Positions 37,301-50,669 are shown, counted from the first letter of the stretch. The stretch: 64,000 nt of DNA from Marsupella aquatica (GCA_973895155.1 OZ316899.1:2499355-2563354); one strand, 5' to 3'. Numbers and translations: made by a program. Notes: generated by a model not told the origin, from the letters alone.

Positions 37301-38330
37301 GATCCACAGCGTTGATGACGGAGCGTACTTGTACTGGCAGGGCAATTGGCGGTGGGGGTTGGCTAGGCTGAGGCTGAGGCTGAGACTGAGACTGAAGCTG
37401 AGCCTGAGTTTGCGTTGGTGCGGGTACGGGTATGGGGTCGACTGGGCCGGCGCCGGCGGTTGAGGGTCTAGTTCCCATGAAGCTCTGTAGGTGCTGGTAG
37501 AAGTTCTCCGAAGCAAGTGCAGACGGCCTTGTCGAACGGGTAGTGCTGGCTGTTGATGATAGCCCGAACCTGAGCAGGGATGTGGTCGAAGTGATGTCGT
37601 TGCAAGTCGATCATACCTGGGATATTGAAGACCTCATCCGGAAGCCGAAGCAATGCTTCCCAAAAACCGATATATTTGTCTCCGTTGAAGAAGTACCCAG
37701 ATACCTCTGCTGGTCGGTAAAGCTCGCTCTGAGATGGGTAGTCAAAGTTAAGGATATAGTGGTGTCGTCCTGCTAGGCGGATGGCTCTCTCGTACTCGCG
37801 TTCGATTTTGTATCGGCGCGGGTTGGCGTGTTTCAATGAACTGGAGAGGATTGTGTGCGACATTCAGAGGAGATAGTAGTGGCGACTAAGAGAGAACAAG
37901 AGAGCTGGGGTTGAAGCTGGCACGTGGACTGATGGACTGGTGCACTACAAAGGGTCGGCTCCCTTTTTATACCTTGAGGGCTTGTCGATCACCCGACGTC
38001 TCCTCATTGCCTATAGGCTGAACCGTTCACGCTTGTAGTGTTCCGACCACTCCGCCGGTCTGAGTCAGCGCGTGTCAGTGGCCGCTTCCCTAAGTTTGTT
38101 ATACGGACCCGAGAGAGGGGCCCCTCCACGCTCGCAACCCGGACGTGCGAATGGCGACATGCCGCCAGTCCGAACATGAATTCCCCTTATTGAGTAATGA
38201 TTTCCTACTCATAATGGTTACCTAAATACTATCATTATGCTAATAATAGCAGCCTAAGATACCCCTAACGCGCATGCTAAGCGCGATCTAGACTGAATTA
38301 CTCATTACTCGCCGTACCGGCGGCGTCACA
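34391..38330 (-). repeat. 5' LTR of gypsy B (3940 bp)
   Basis: Direct repeat of 24304-28287, followed on the minus strand by the PBS and gag. Confidence 0.95.
35289..37863 (-). pseudogene. LTR-encoded gene of family B (5' LTR copy)
   Basis: 600-aa open segment at 35676-37478; 5-nt deletion near 37548 and CAG>TAG at 35676, both intact in the 3' LTR copy. Left coordinate approximate. Confidence 0.85.
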
Positions 38331-41300
38331 AGAAATCCCTACACAAAGCAATCATCTTCCGCTCTAGTTGGTTGGAAGCTTTCATAAACATCACATGGTA
38401 TATAGGGATTGCAAGTAGCACATGTTTGATGAGTAGAGTTCTGCCGGTAAATGAAAGCATCTTGCTCGACCATGAAGCCAGGCGAGAGGCAATTTTATCT
38501 AAACAAAAGCTATGGATATGCTCCACCTGCAGTCCAATACCAAAAGGGGCACCAACATATTTTAGTACTTCGCCTTCTCTGCTTATCTTACATCCTGTTT
38601 CCACGAGCCAGGTTGGAACTGCCTTCAGAGCCAATGGGACGATATTCAATTTGTGCAGATTCAACTTGGCCCCTGAGGCATTCTCATAGCAGCTGAGAGC
38701 CACAGTGGTGTCTGCAAAACTCCTAGGATCCGCAGGGATAAACATGCCAACATCATCCGCAAAGAGCCTATAACATACTGTCATCCACCCAGAAATTTTG
38801 ATACCATTGAGTCTATGTCCAGCCAGCTCAGCATCCAGGAAATCCATGAGAGGCTGGGTCGAGATCACAAAAAGAAGTGGAGAGAGAGGACATTCTTGTC
38901 AAACTCCCCGCCTAAGCTCAATAGCCCGGCTCAGCCTCCCATTGACGTAAACTTGGGAGGAAGCATTAGACAGCAAAGCCTGCACCAGCTTGGTGAACCG
39001 TCCACTGAGCCCCAGGAGTCTCATAGTTTCCCACAGATACTCGTGGTCAACTCTATCGAAGGCTTTGTCAAAATCTAATTTGAGGAAAAGAGTCTCCACC
39101 TGCCGTTTGTTCACCCATTCTTGTATCAGCCATGCAAGCGAGATATTTTTGAGTATATTTCTACCCGGGATGAAGCCTGTTTGTTGAGTGCTAATGAGAC
39201 GGGGTAGAAGTTTTTTGATCCTTAAAGCCATAATCTTTGCCAAAATCTTATAAGCCGTGTTCTGCATAGTTAAGGGTCTCCAGTCCTTGAGAAAGCGCTT
39301 ATCCACTTTTTTAGGAATGAATTTGATCAAACCATCTTTAATCTCCGCCACCACCTTCCCTGTTAACCAAAAATCATGTATCATGCTCATGAAATCCACC
39401 TTCATAAAATGCCAGCAGCTTTTGTATACCTCTGCTGTTAATCCATCAATTCTGGGAGACTTATCCAAAGGGAGATGTCCAATCACGTCCTCTACTTCCT
39501 TCAGAGTAGGAGCGCCTCCATCTGAGTGAGTTTGCCAGGCGCTGTGAATGCGTGCCTGGTATGCTTCAGAAGTCTGTCTCTATCCCTACAATTTATTAGC
39601 CATTTTGCCGGAGAGGTGGGGGGTCGGGAGCATAGAGCTCCATGCAGAACCGTTCCACTTCTTCCAGTATCTCCTGCCCGTCTATCACCATTGTACCCTC
39701 CTCCTTTTCTAGGACCTTCATAGCTTCTCTTTCTCATTTGGCCTTGACGGTTGCAAAAAAGAACTTAGTAGATTCCTCCCCCTCGCCCAGCCATTTCACT
39801 CTTGCCAATTTCTTCCATTGATATGCTTCTTCAAATTTGGCTGCATGTAGCTTGTCTTCTAACAAGAAAAGATTGAGAGCTTTTGCCTTAGAGTAGTCCT
39901 TTGCTATGGTGTTTTTTAAGGCCCTGACTTCCTCCCTTAGAAAGTGCATCTCTTCAGCTGCTTGTCGTGGAGTAGCCTGGATCTCCATATATTTTTTCCT
40001 CAGGCTTTTGCTTGCTCTGGAAACTCATAGGTGTGGGTCCCTCTCACCAGCTCCTCCTGCCTGCCGCGCTTCCTCTAGCAGCTTAATATTTGCTTCTAAT
40101 CGTAAAATAGACAAATTTCCTTTAAAAAATTTTACTCTACCTCTTTCATCTTCATTCTGCTCCCGTTGTAGACAGAAAATGGCAATGACAGGGTCGTGGT
40201 CCAATAGGGCAGTACCACCTTTGTGCGTAATTGATACTGTACCCTCCAGTCACCAGCCCTTATTGCTAATGTAGAATTGGGCAAGTCTTGATTGTGTCAG
40301 AGAATTGTTATGCTGCCTTCTCCAAGTGTACCATGACCCTATTATGCCTCGATTGAGCTCTTTGGCATCGATCAAATCCAGTCTGACCTGTAGGAATCTC
40401 CAATACTCCGCTTCTCGCCCTTTAAGTAAAGAAGCGCTTCCAGATGAATCCGTCCGGGATTTCGTCATGTTGAAATTGCCACATAGAATCCAGTTGGCTT
40501 GTGGCAGCTCCAGTTTTAAATCATGCCATAGTAAAGCTCTCAATCTTGGAGAGTTTGGAGCGTAAATACTTACAACCCCCAAGGTATAAGAGGGCATCTC
40601 AATTGTTACCCATGCTGCTTTCCCTTGTGCTAGTTTGCCCGATGTTATGATCCTTAGTGAGGGGTGAATCAATAAGGCCGTTCCCCCACGTCCTTCATCC
40701 AGTTTTGCCAAAAAATACTGGTAGGACGGTAGAATTGCCCAAAGTGCAATGTTGAGTCTAAAATTGATCTAATTTAACTTCTTGTAATGCAAGAATCCCA
40801 AGTGAGTCATTCAAAGAACTCACCCAATTTTGAACTACGTATTTCCTGTTTGGCTCGCCGAGCCCACAAACATTCCACGAGGCGATCTTTAGTGTTCTAT
40901 CCATTAGTGTAAAGCTGAAAGCCTGTGGTCTTTCTGCCTAATTATATCCGAAGATGGCCCCTAGGTGAGGGGTTAGCTACTACGTGTCTTTGAGCATCAT
41001 GATTGTAAAGTCCGGGTGAGGCAATTGGTATCACCATTCCACTTCCTCTGAATTCCTGAAGGTTTTTCTGGTTGCCAGTTTTGGTGCATGGGTGGGGTGG
41101 TGAGTGTACTCCCCCATCGGTTGTGCCTTGTGATCTTCCATCTCCTTCCCTGCATCAATCATTGGATCGTGTGAGAAACTCAAAGCTCTTTGCTTCTTAC
41201 CTTCTGTTTTCTCCCAATCCTTCTGCTCTAGCGTAGGAGACCTCAAGTCTTGTTTCCAAGCCCTTGACTTCATTTGACTAAGTGTGATATATTCCTCATA

Positions 41301-42579
41301 TTCTGACATTTCAGCATCTATATCCCCATGAAAGGAGTATAGATTGTCTGCGTCGTTATTGGGAGGCAGTGGTTTTGGGGAATCAGTATCTGAAGTATGC
41401 ACTTGGGCTTGTGGAGCAGGAGGTGTCACCCATTCAGTCACTTCCTCAAATGCATCTGACATAATCTCTCGTTGGTTCCCTTTACTCCTCCTGCTGACAC
41501 AGGCTTAAAAGCTCTACTCTTTGCAAAGAGTCTTGGAGCGTTATCTGCCTCAGCTCTTCCTACCTTGGGGCTCTCTTGGACTGTTAGATGTGTATGGGTC
41601 TATTCCATTCCCCCAAGGTTCAGGGCGAGGTCATGGAAGAGGGGATTCTCAATGATGAGGACCCCATCCGCAGACGCACTCCTCGCCAGTTTGTCGCTTT
41701 GTACACTATATTTCTGCTCCTCCACGGTTGTAGTGTCCGTTGCTACTTGCATCTCTTGTGCCCAACTTTGTTCTCTCTGAAGGCCCTCCTCATTGACCTT
41801 TGGTGCTTGGGTATCTTCAGCTTGTTGTTCTGCTGTTTTGGCCTTGTTCTCATACCCTTCTCTGCAGTCTCGTGCCAAATGCCCTTTTTTATCGCATTTG
41901 AAGCAATGGTTTGGGATATTCCTGAAAATCACCGGCTCCCAAATGATGATGTCCTCACGCACCCGTATTTGTGCACTGGCAGGAATCTCTCTTTTGGTGT
42001 CCCAGAGAATACAAGCATGATCATGAGGATAAGAGCTGAATTCATCACCCTGTATGTAGTAGAGTAGCTTCCCGAATGATTCGGCAATTTTCTGTCTGCA
42101 ACCTTCCAGCACCAATGCTCTGTAGGGGATCTCAATCCAGATTGGGAGCTTAGTGAACCGGTCATTCTGCACATCAAAAGATGGTTCCCAAGCAAAGGTG
42201 TACACAAACCTCCGCTCCATAAACCAGGGTGCAACTTCCAGTGTGGCATCTCTGTGATCCGGGTTTTCAAACACTACTAGGTAGAAGTTTTTCCCAACAA
42301 ATTTAATTTGTAGGACCGGCCAATTCATCTCCTTGACCATTGTTTCCTTGACCCACTTCTGAATCCTGGTAGTAGCGGTGTTCGATCCGTGAAGTAGCAA
42401 ATGAAGGCACAATTGTATAATTGCCTGATTGTAGTAGCTGCGTCTTCAATGTTCCAATCCCCATTAGACTTTAGGGCCAAGTCCTTAAGGATTGTAATGC
42501 ATTCCTCCAAGGTTTCTTCTGGCTCCTCTGTTGCACGCATTTTTGTGTCTCTATTTGACCCTCCAAGATTTGTGAATTT

Positions 42580-45500
42580 TGTTAAGTTATGAAATGTATA
42601 TACACCAACAAAGATGATTGATTATTCCCTTAAGCCAATGTGGCTTATTATATGTTGTACATTGGGGTAGTTGTAACTACCCTTTCCTAGTCTTGTGTCT
42701 CTTTATATCTAGGTATTGCATACCTCTTTGTATCATATGGGCTAAGGGTTAAATATATTCTAACACTCCCCCTTGGTTACTTTATGTTTCTTAAAGTAAC
42801 CATTTAGGAAATAAATTTAAGTCTAGTTCTGAGTATAATGGAAAAACTCATTGGGGTATGACCTCATTAAAAACCCCCTGCTTTCTTCTGGGGTAAAAAG
42901 AGTGTCACTACCTTACATGTAATGAGTTAAAACTAGTAAGAAAGGAGTGTAATCATGTATGGCTAAATCTAAACGAGTGTTTGATAGGATGTGTCGAAAT
43001 GTTCGAGTATGGAGAACATACGTTCAGTAGAATATGCATAGAACAGAGGAGGTATCGTGGAAGAGGTGGGAAAGTCAGATTGCAGTGAAGTCCGATAATC
43101 TACGGAGTCCTATTCCAATCGAATGCGCTTCGTGGAGAATGCGAGGTAAGGGCTTTGTAAAAAGGTCAGCGCGATTATCTTTAGAAGGTATCCATTGAAC
43201 GTTGATTTGGTCCCCGTGTTGTTCATGCGTGTGGAAAAATTTGGGGGCAATATGTTTGATTCGGTCGCCCTTGATGAAGCCCTTAACTATCTGATCAACA
43301 CAAGGCTTGTTATCCTCGTAGATGATAGTAGGCTTGGTAAGAATTGCATGGCCTGTAGACGACTGGATATGATTGATAAGCTGTCAAAGCCACAGGCATT
43401 CTCGGCTAGCTTCGTATAGTGCTATGATTTCCGCATGGTTGGAGGATGTGGTCGTCAAAGTTTGCTTGGTACTTTTCCATGATATGGCTGTATGTCCTTG
43501 TAGAAATACATATCCCGTCTGGGATTTCGCATCATCGAGGTCTGTAAGGTAACCTGCATCTGCGTAACCAATCAATTCATTAGGCACATCTTTAGGGTAA
43601 TAGAGGCCAGTATCGATTGTACCTTGAAGGTAGCGCAGTATCCTCTTAATGCCATTCCAATGTCTAATAGTCGGTTGGGAGCTGTGTCGAGCAAGCAAGT
43701 GGACAGCGAAAGAGATGTCTGGGCGAGTTTGATTCGCCAGGTACATCAAGGCTCCTATAGCAGAGAGGTAAGGTTTCTCTGGGCCTAAGATTGGTTCGTG
43801 TTCGGTCCTGCGCTTATACAGATCTCTGGATGTGTCTGAAGATCGAATTTCCATAGGTGTCGTGACTGGGTAGCTTTTGTCCATGTTGAATTGTTTTAAT
43901 AGTTTTCTGGTATATGTAGATTGATGAATAAGAATACCGCTGGATAAATGTTCAAATTGAATGCCAATACAGAATAGGGGTTGACCAATATCCTTCATTT
44001 CGAATATGCTCTTAAGTGTGGTAATGGTTTGATCCATAATGAGTTTAGTACCCATTAGGTTAATATCGTCGACATATATGGCTATGATTATAAATTCAGT
44101 GCCATGTCTTTTGATAAAAAGGCAAGGGGCAATGTCCTCATTCACAAAACCAAGTGCAAGCATCTCTGCACGGAAACGTTTATACCAGATGCGGCCACTC
44201 TGCTTTAAACCATAGAGTGACCTAAGAACCTGTACAGCAAATGCTTTCTCTGATTTCTTGGCTTTATTGATTCTGTGGTGAACAGGATTTACCTCAGCGA
44301 GTAAGTCAGTATAATTCAATGGTGAATCCGCTAACTGTTCACCACTAGCAATTTGCTGGGCCTTTTTATTTTGGACCGCTGATGAGTCATGTATTTCAGT
44401 AGGTATCATCTGGCCTGAGTGAATGAGATGGTCCTTAAAGTCCTGTGTAGGGACAATCTTATCAATACCCGACTTTAGGTCCGGGGTTGGGGAGGTTGTA
44501 TGCTCCCCCTTAATGTGGAAAATTACCCTCTGAATTAATTCAGGTGGAGCTTGCATTTGTATGTCAGTATCAAGTATACCGTAAAGGTAAGCAGTTACCA
44601 CGTCCATAAGATGCGTACGAATTTGATGTGTGAGGGTAAAAGCAATCAGATATCGGTAGGTAATGGAGTCCATGACCGGTGAATGAGTAAGGTCGTAATC
44701 TTTGCCATATATTTGCGTGTAGCCTCTAGCCACGAGTCTGGCTTTATAGCGGATTACTTCACCTGCGGCATTATGTTTGCGTATCAATATAATCCTATAC
44801 CCAGTTAGGTGTTGTGCAGCAGGGACGATTCGGAGTTCTCCAAAAACTTGGCGAGATATCAGAGAATCAAGTTCGGAGTTAATAGCAGATTTCCATTTGG
44901 GCCAGTCTGGTCGTTGTTGTGCTTCTTTAATTGTCCGGGGTTCTGGTAAATCTTTAGTTATATCCTGGGATATAAGAAAAGCAAAATGCTCATCTGGTTC
45001 AGTTAAATTTCGATGCCATAAATGTCCAGTATGCATATAGTGGATGGATATTTCTTCATTGTCATCTTGTATAATTGGCGGTAATTGTAAGGATAAATGT
45101 GTTGATACAGGTGTCTTCTGCCGTGGTCTAGAGTCTTTGGAACCTGAAGGTCTGCCTCGCTTAGCCTTGGGAGCGAGGTCTGTGGCTCGAGTATCTGGTA
45201 TATGAATTCTCGCAGGAGTATTGGCTGCATCTATATGTGATTTTGTTACATTTGTAGCATCATTAAATGCGTCAGGTATTTTCTCCATAATTTGATGGAG
45301 GTTCAGAATGCGTTTCACTTCATCGTTTGTCAATTGAGTACGAGGATCATTCCAGAATGGATCCTTTGTTGTCCAGTCTAATGTGTGTGTTGAGACAGGC
45401 TATTTGGAGAGTTGTGCTGGAGTTAGAAGTGTTGGGAAGGTGTCTTCACAGAATTTACAGTCCTGGTATCGAGCTCGAAACACATCAGCAGTGGTGGGTT

Positions 45501-48097
45501 CGAGATACCTTATTATCGAGGGAGAGTCGTAGCCAATATAGATGCCACGTCGACGCTGTGGTCCCATCTTGGTGTGCTTGGGGCCAAGAATGGGTACCAG
45601 AACAAGGCAGCCAAACACTTTCAGGTGTGTAATATCTGGTATAGAGCCATATGCTAGTTGGTGTGGTGTGTAAATATTAAAAGCCGATGGTCTATATCGC
45701 ACTAGTGCAGCGCCATGGAGTATAGCATGTCCCCAGGCTGTAAGTGGGAGTTGTGTCTGTAATAGCATAGGTCTTGAGATCATCTGTAAACGTTTTATTA
45801 ATGCCTCTGCAGTACCATTCTGGAAATGTACATATGGTACTGAGTATTGAATTGTGATGCCCAGGACTTGACAGAAGTCATCGAATGCTGGTGATGTAAA
45901 TTCGCCAGCATTATCAATTCGAATTATTTTGGTAGGAGAGTCAGGGAATTGAGTGCGAAGACGTATAAGCTGTGTTAGCAGTCTGGCAAAGACAAGGTTT
46001 CTGGTGGAAATTAAAGAAACAGAGGACCATTTGGTTGAGGAGCAGATCATTACTAGGAAAAACCTAAATGGTCCACTCGGTGGATCAATAGGTCCGCAGA
46101 CGTCCACATTGATCTGTGAGAGGAAGTCAGGGATTTGATAGGTGTTCTTAGTGGAAGCTGGATGAGTGATAAATTTGCCTTGTGCACAGGGGATGCAAGT
46201 GTCTAACTTCGTGGATGGGTGTACTCCTTTTGGTATGCCAATGGTGTTCTTCATAATTTTATGGTACATCCCTGGGCCTGGGTGGCCTAGGCGGATATGC
46301 CATAATTCTGTTGGGGATAATTGTTGTCGTTGGGAATTGTAAGACATGATCTTAGTGGCATAAACGCCGGGGGGATGGAGTAGTAATGTCTCTAGTACTG
46401 TGATGGGGCCATTATCAGTTTCTCGAAAAATCTGTAGAGAGTTTCTGTGGTTGTTGGGTGCAGAGCGTATGTGGAGATTGTTTTGACGGACATCATGGAA
46501 ACTTAGTAAGTTTCGTGTCGCGAGTGGGGCATATATGGCAGATGCAATTTTAATGGTTGTGCCTTGAGGAAGGGTAAGTTGGGCAGGTCCATGGCCTTCC
46601 TCTAATTGGTTTATACCTGTGATAGTAGTCACAGGTCTATTTGATGGGTATATGTGCTGGAAATAACATTTGTCTTTTAGGATGGAGTGAGAAGTGCCGC
46701 TGTCAAGAATGCAAATATCAGCACCGGCGAGAGATGTGTCATTTACTCCATGTGATATTATATGGACCTCTGGTGGGGGAGGTGCAAGCGTATATTTGGA
46801 GAGATCGTCATCAATCTCCAAGTGATGTGCGGCTGTTAAGGTGTTGGATGTTTTGAGGGAGGCCTGGTATAGTTTGACTAGGTGAGCTTGAATTCTACAA
46901 TTCTTTTGGATATGCCCTATCCCACCGCAACGGAAACACTTGGGCTGATTATTTGTGGGGTAATTCTGTGCAGGTTTATTTGGCATATGGTTGGGGTTAC
47001 GATACCAAGAATTCATGAGAGGCTTGAAGTTTTTGCCTTTGTCTGTGCGAAAATGTTGTCTCTTGTGGAATTGATTAAAACGACTTGGATTGCCTTTAAA
47101 TTGGCCACGAGGTCGATTGTAAGAGGAATTACCTCTATTGGTATTCGTGAATTGTATTTCCGGTTTAGGAAGCGTGCCTGGTGGTCGCTCGCGAGAGTTC
47201 CTCAGAAGGAGGAGGTCATTCTTTTCAGCCAGGAGCATGACTGCAATCAAATCTGAGAATTGGGTGAAATGGCGTTGTCTATAAATCTGTGATAACTGCA
47301 TGTTCACTGCCGAGAATGTAGAAAGAGTCTTTTCGATCTTTGCTGCTTCATCGATTGGTTCGTCGCAGGCTGCTAGCTGAGCAGTTATCCGAAATAAGGC
47401 GCTATTGAATTTCGCAATTGTAGGGTAGTCTAGAACTCGTAAATGAATCCATTCATTTCGTGCAGCTGGTAGGGAAATTAGACGCAGATGGTCGAATCTC
47501 AATTTGAGAGCGTCCCATAGGACTCGAGGATTAAACTCTGTAAGGTATTCAAGTTGTAGTTCAGCAGCGAGGTGATGGCGAATGATATATAGTGCCTAAG
47601 CCTTTTGTTGTAATGTGCCATTGATATCTGCTAAGATAATGTCGCCGAGGCCTTTCATGTTGAGAACAATTTCTGTATTCTGTGCCCAAGATAAATAATT
47701 GTCGCCATCTGTTGTGAGCAATGGGAATTGGAGCTTCTCCAATGTAGTCATAGTCGATGAAAATTTTTGTGGTGTACTTGGCGAAAGAAAAGAAAAAATG
47801 TGTCTTGGGGAATTTCGTTCGATGCTTCGTTCACAGAAAAAAAAGAAATTCAGAAGAGGCCTATGAGTAGCTCGAGAGTTGTTGGAGGAGCAAAATCATG
47901 TGCTGATAACGTGTTAAGTTATGAAATGTATATACACCAACAAAGATGATTGATTATTCCCTTAAGCCAATGTGGCTTATTATATGTTGTACATTGGGGT
48001 AGTTGTAACTACCCTTTCCTAGTCTTGTGTCTCTTTATATCTAGGTATTGCATACCTCTTTGTATCATATGGGCTAAGGGTTAAATATATTCTAACA
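42580..48097 (-). mobile_element. Ty1/copia LTR retrotransposon, Bianca-like
   Basis: Identical 186-bp LTRs (42580-42765 and 47912-48097); PPT CCAAGGGGGAG at 42766-42776; non-TGG PBS GTTATCAGCAC at 47900-47910, typical of Bianca as recalled; near-TSD AATTT/AATTC. Confidence 0.95.
43075..47751 (-). pseudogene. gag-pol: Copia gag-PR-IN-RT-RH polyprotein (1559 codons, one frame, 3 premature stops)
   Basis: NYLSW, CFRCGGIGHIQKNC, ILDSGTSH, LWHIRLGHPG, KMGPQRRRGIYIGY, RYKARLVARG, SLYGLKQSG, IYVDD, GYADAGY, IYEDN. Stops at 47596-47598, 45400-45402 and 43384-43386. Confidence 0.93.
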
Positions 48098-48880
48098 AAT
48101 TCGTCATTGTTGCTCTGCCCTTTGTAATGTCGATTGCTCCATAGATCTTGGTTATTATTGGGCCCAAACCCGTATTGTTCATCCCCGATGTGTGGTCGTC
48201 GCGTTGCGTTCTGTCAAAATTTGCCATTCTGCTTGTGAGGGTTCCTTTCTGCTTCCCATTGCTCTTGGGGAAGCTGAAATGAAACCGGTTTTTGTCCCTG
48301 AGCGTCAGTCCTCGCTCTGTTGGTTATATCATATGGTGCTTGCGGCTCTATCCATCCTGATGTTCGAGCATCTTGGGCGGTATAATGCTGGCGGTAAGCA
48401 AATGCCATTCCACTGCGTCCTCGCCCCCTTCCGTTTGAGTATCGTTGTGAGCCCCATCTTTCGCCTTGCAGTTCATTCCCATTCCCATACTCCTGTCTAT
48501 TCTTGTTTTGAGCATACCCTCTTCCGCCATTGTTTCCAAAGGGTGAAGTGCCTATTTGAGGGCCGTAATGGCCCATGATTGTTTTGATTGGACAGTGTTA
48601 TTTTTCAAAATTTGAGTGTGATCTAAATCTGCAAGATTGCTAATCTATGCTCGTCTCTCTTTTGTTTGCATTCCGTTGTTAACACTGTCAATACCTATCG
48701 TTAAGTTAGAGATCTTCACCTTACTCAAAGCTTTTAGAATCAGCGCCTGGCTTTAAGCAGGCAGAAGTTCGTGAAGCCTTGTGTCTCTTGTAGTGCAGGT
48801 ATTGGTTGTCTTTTCTACCCCGTTGTTGATCCGTTGGTAGTCAATGCGAGCAAGAATCCCATGCCGCCAAAAAACCTACT

Positions 48881-50669
48881 TGTGATGCCTAGCCAGGAAT
48901 CATTAGGCCAGTTTAAATAGTAAAATCAGGAGTGTACCCTAGGAAACACCTTAGTATAGTAACAAAAACAGGGAAAATATAAACAATTAAGGGTGACTAT
49001 GGAACCCAAGCCGGGGCCGAAAGTAAGGACGTCGGGGGAGGGAACACAATTAGGGTTAGGGCGCGCTAAGTACCGGCCGCTATGGGTAACCAACGGGAAG
49101 GAAGACCAGCCAGGGGGGTAAGGACCGATCGCAAGGAATGGCGGCTCATTTGCAAGCACAAGCCAAGCAGACGACTACGGGAGGCCAACTACTGTCCGCT
49201 GCTCAGGCAAGCACTCGGGGTGGAAGCAAATACCGACAATCAACTCAAGAAGGGTATGAGCAACGTCAATCAAGTTGCTCATTTTTGGAAATGCTTGTTA
49301 GAACGGGCAACTGAGTACATTGGGACCTACGAGGAAAAAGAATCGGAGAGAGTGGGTCAAGAATGGCAGGAGCTCGCTCGGTTGTGGGAGCTGCAGAAGT
49401 CTGCCTTCTTAGGAGGAGAACTCATTACGGCTGAATTCTTGTGGACGCCTACTGTTGACAAACTTGATGATCTTCTGTTTTGTGAGAACAGAATAGTCGG
49501 CATCCGAGAGGCCATCAACCGCTACAACGACATACACTGGGAGTTGAAGGGTAGCACGGAGGGGCGGACGAAGGCAATCGTGCTAGGAGAAACATCCACG
49601 GCAGCCGCTATGAAGAGGAAAGGGAACAACAACGAAGAAGCCACCCCTGCGAAAAGAACAAGGTCGGCGGCACCCAGGAAACTAGCAAAGCAGGGAAGCA
49701 GGAGGCAGGCGGAAGCCAAAGAGGAGGAGGTCGACCCTGTCAATGCCGTTCCAACAAGAGATGACACCTGGAAAGGTTGGGCGACGACCCTCCCCGAGGA
49801 GGTGCAATTACACTTTGCACGAGAAGAGGATACATGCTTTACGGCTATGCAGACTCGGAAATACCAGGGCTTCATGGCCGGATCCGGCTTGGAAGCCTTC
49901 GTAAAGTTACCATGGCTGAAGCCGGAGGTGCCGGATTCAGACTTACTAGAATTTTTGGGATCATGGGAGCCCGAGACCAATTCCACAAGGGTGTATGGGA
50001 AGGATTTCTATCTCACTCCCCAGGTGATTGCCGAAGTGTTTGGTTTGCCGATGGGCAATAAGACCAAAGTACATACCAGGAAGACCTTGCCAGACAAGGA
50101 GTTTCGGTTGTTTCCAGGGCCATCAACAAAGAATGGCTTCTCCCGAAACACCTGCACAAACCCGCACATAGGAGAAATGATCGATTTCTTGCGGGTGACC
50201 ATGCATTGCAACTTGCCGAGGGCAGAGATCGGCAAGGCACAGGTCTATCTGGCGGAGAGGCCAGACCCAAGCCGGGACTACAACGGGTACCTCCTCACCC
50301 AACTAAAGAAGATCTTGAAGGAGGAACAGCTGGTGATCGGCATGGGAAGCGTGTCCCGGCTTGGCTATCATATGCCGCTGTTGTGCCGGTATGCCCGAAG
50401 TCAATATTCGCCCCGGTACTTCCCCTGCAGGCAAGAGCACCAGAGGAGGTTCTAGAACCGAGGCCGACAACAGAGAAACCGACCCAGCCCGACAGTCCTA
50501 CAATCGAGCAGGTGTTTAGGCCGAGGAAGGAGGACTTGCCAATGCAGCAACCAGAAATGCAGAATCTGCTGAAATTGCTGAAGAAGGAAAGGAGAACGGC
50601 AACGGCAACGGGACCGGTACAGAATACTGCTCCCAAAGTCGGCCTTAGCCAACTTACCAGGGAAAACCC
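48881..50669 (+). mobile_element. 5' part of a family A LTR, interrupted at 50669 by a family B LTR; contains LTR-gene remnant 49082-50455
   Basis: Starts TGTGATGCCTAGCC and is collinear with 51511 onward until GAAAACCC. Confidence 0.9.

Larger units (their letters stand above)
24304..38330 (-). mobile_element. Full-length Ty3/gypsy LTR retrotransposon, family B (non-chromovirus type), with giant LTRs
   Basis: Two direct repeats of about 4 kb flank gag-PR-RT-RH-IN; TSD AGAAA (24299-24303 and 38331-38335); PBS and PPT present. Confidence 0.97.
23479..40904 (-). pseudogene. LINE ORF2 (APE endonuclease + reverse transcriptase), split by gypsy B at 24304-38330
   Basis: MDRTLKIASWNVCGLG start at 40904; LGVVSIYAPN, WILCGNFN, SPRIDGL, WRPLT..AYKILAK, QQTGFIPGR, LKLDFDKAFDRVDH, LFADD. 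Multiple stops and frameshifts. Confidence 0.9.
23479..48576 (-). mobile_element. Degenerate L1-clade LINE in three segments (23479-24303, 38331-42579, 48098-~48576+)
   Basis: Reading frames rejoin across both LTR-element insertions: ALCRDFL|WGINL..PLVAWAKMARPKVEGGLG and SNNDE|FTNLGG. Confidence 0.9.
41031..48576 (-). pseudogene. LINE ORF1 (low-complexity N-terminus + DUF4283-like + CCHC knuckle), split by the copia element
   Basis: KFVGKNFYLVVF..APW..WEPSF..LPIWIEIP; CFKCDKKGHLARDC; the N-terminal G/N/R/Q-rich part lies at 48098-48576. Confidence 0.8.
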
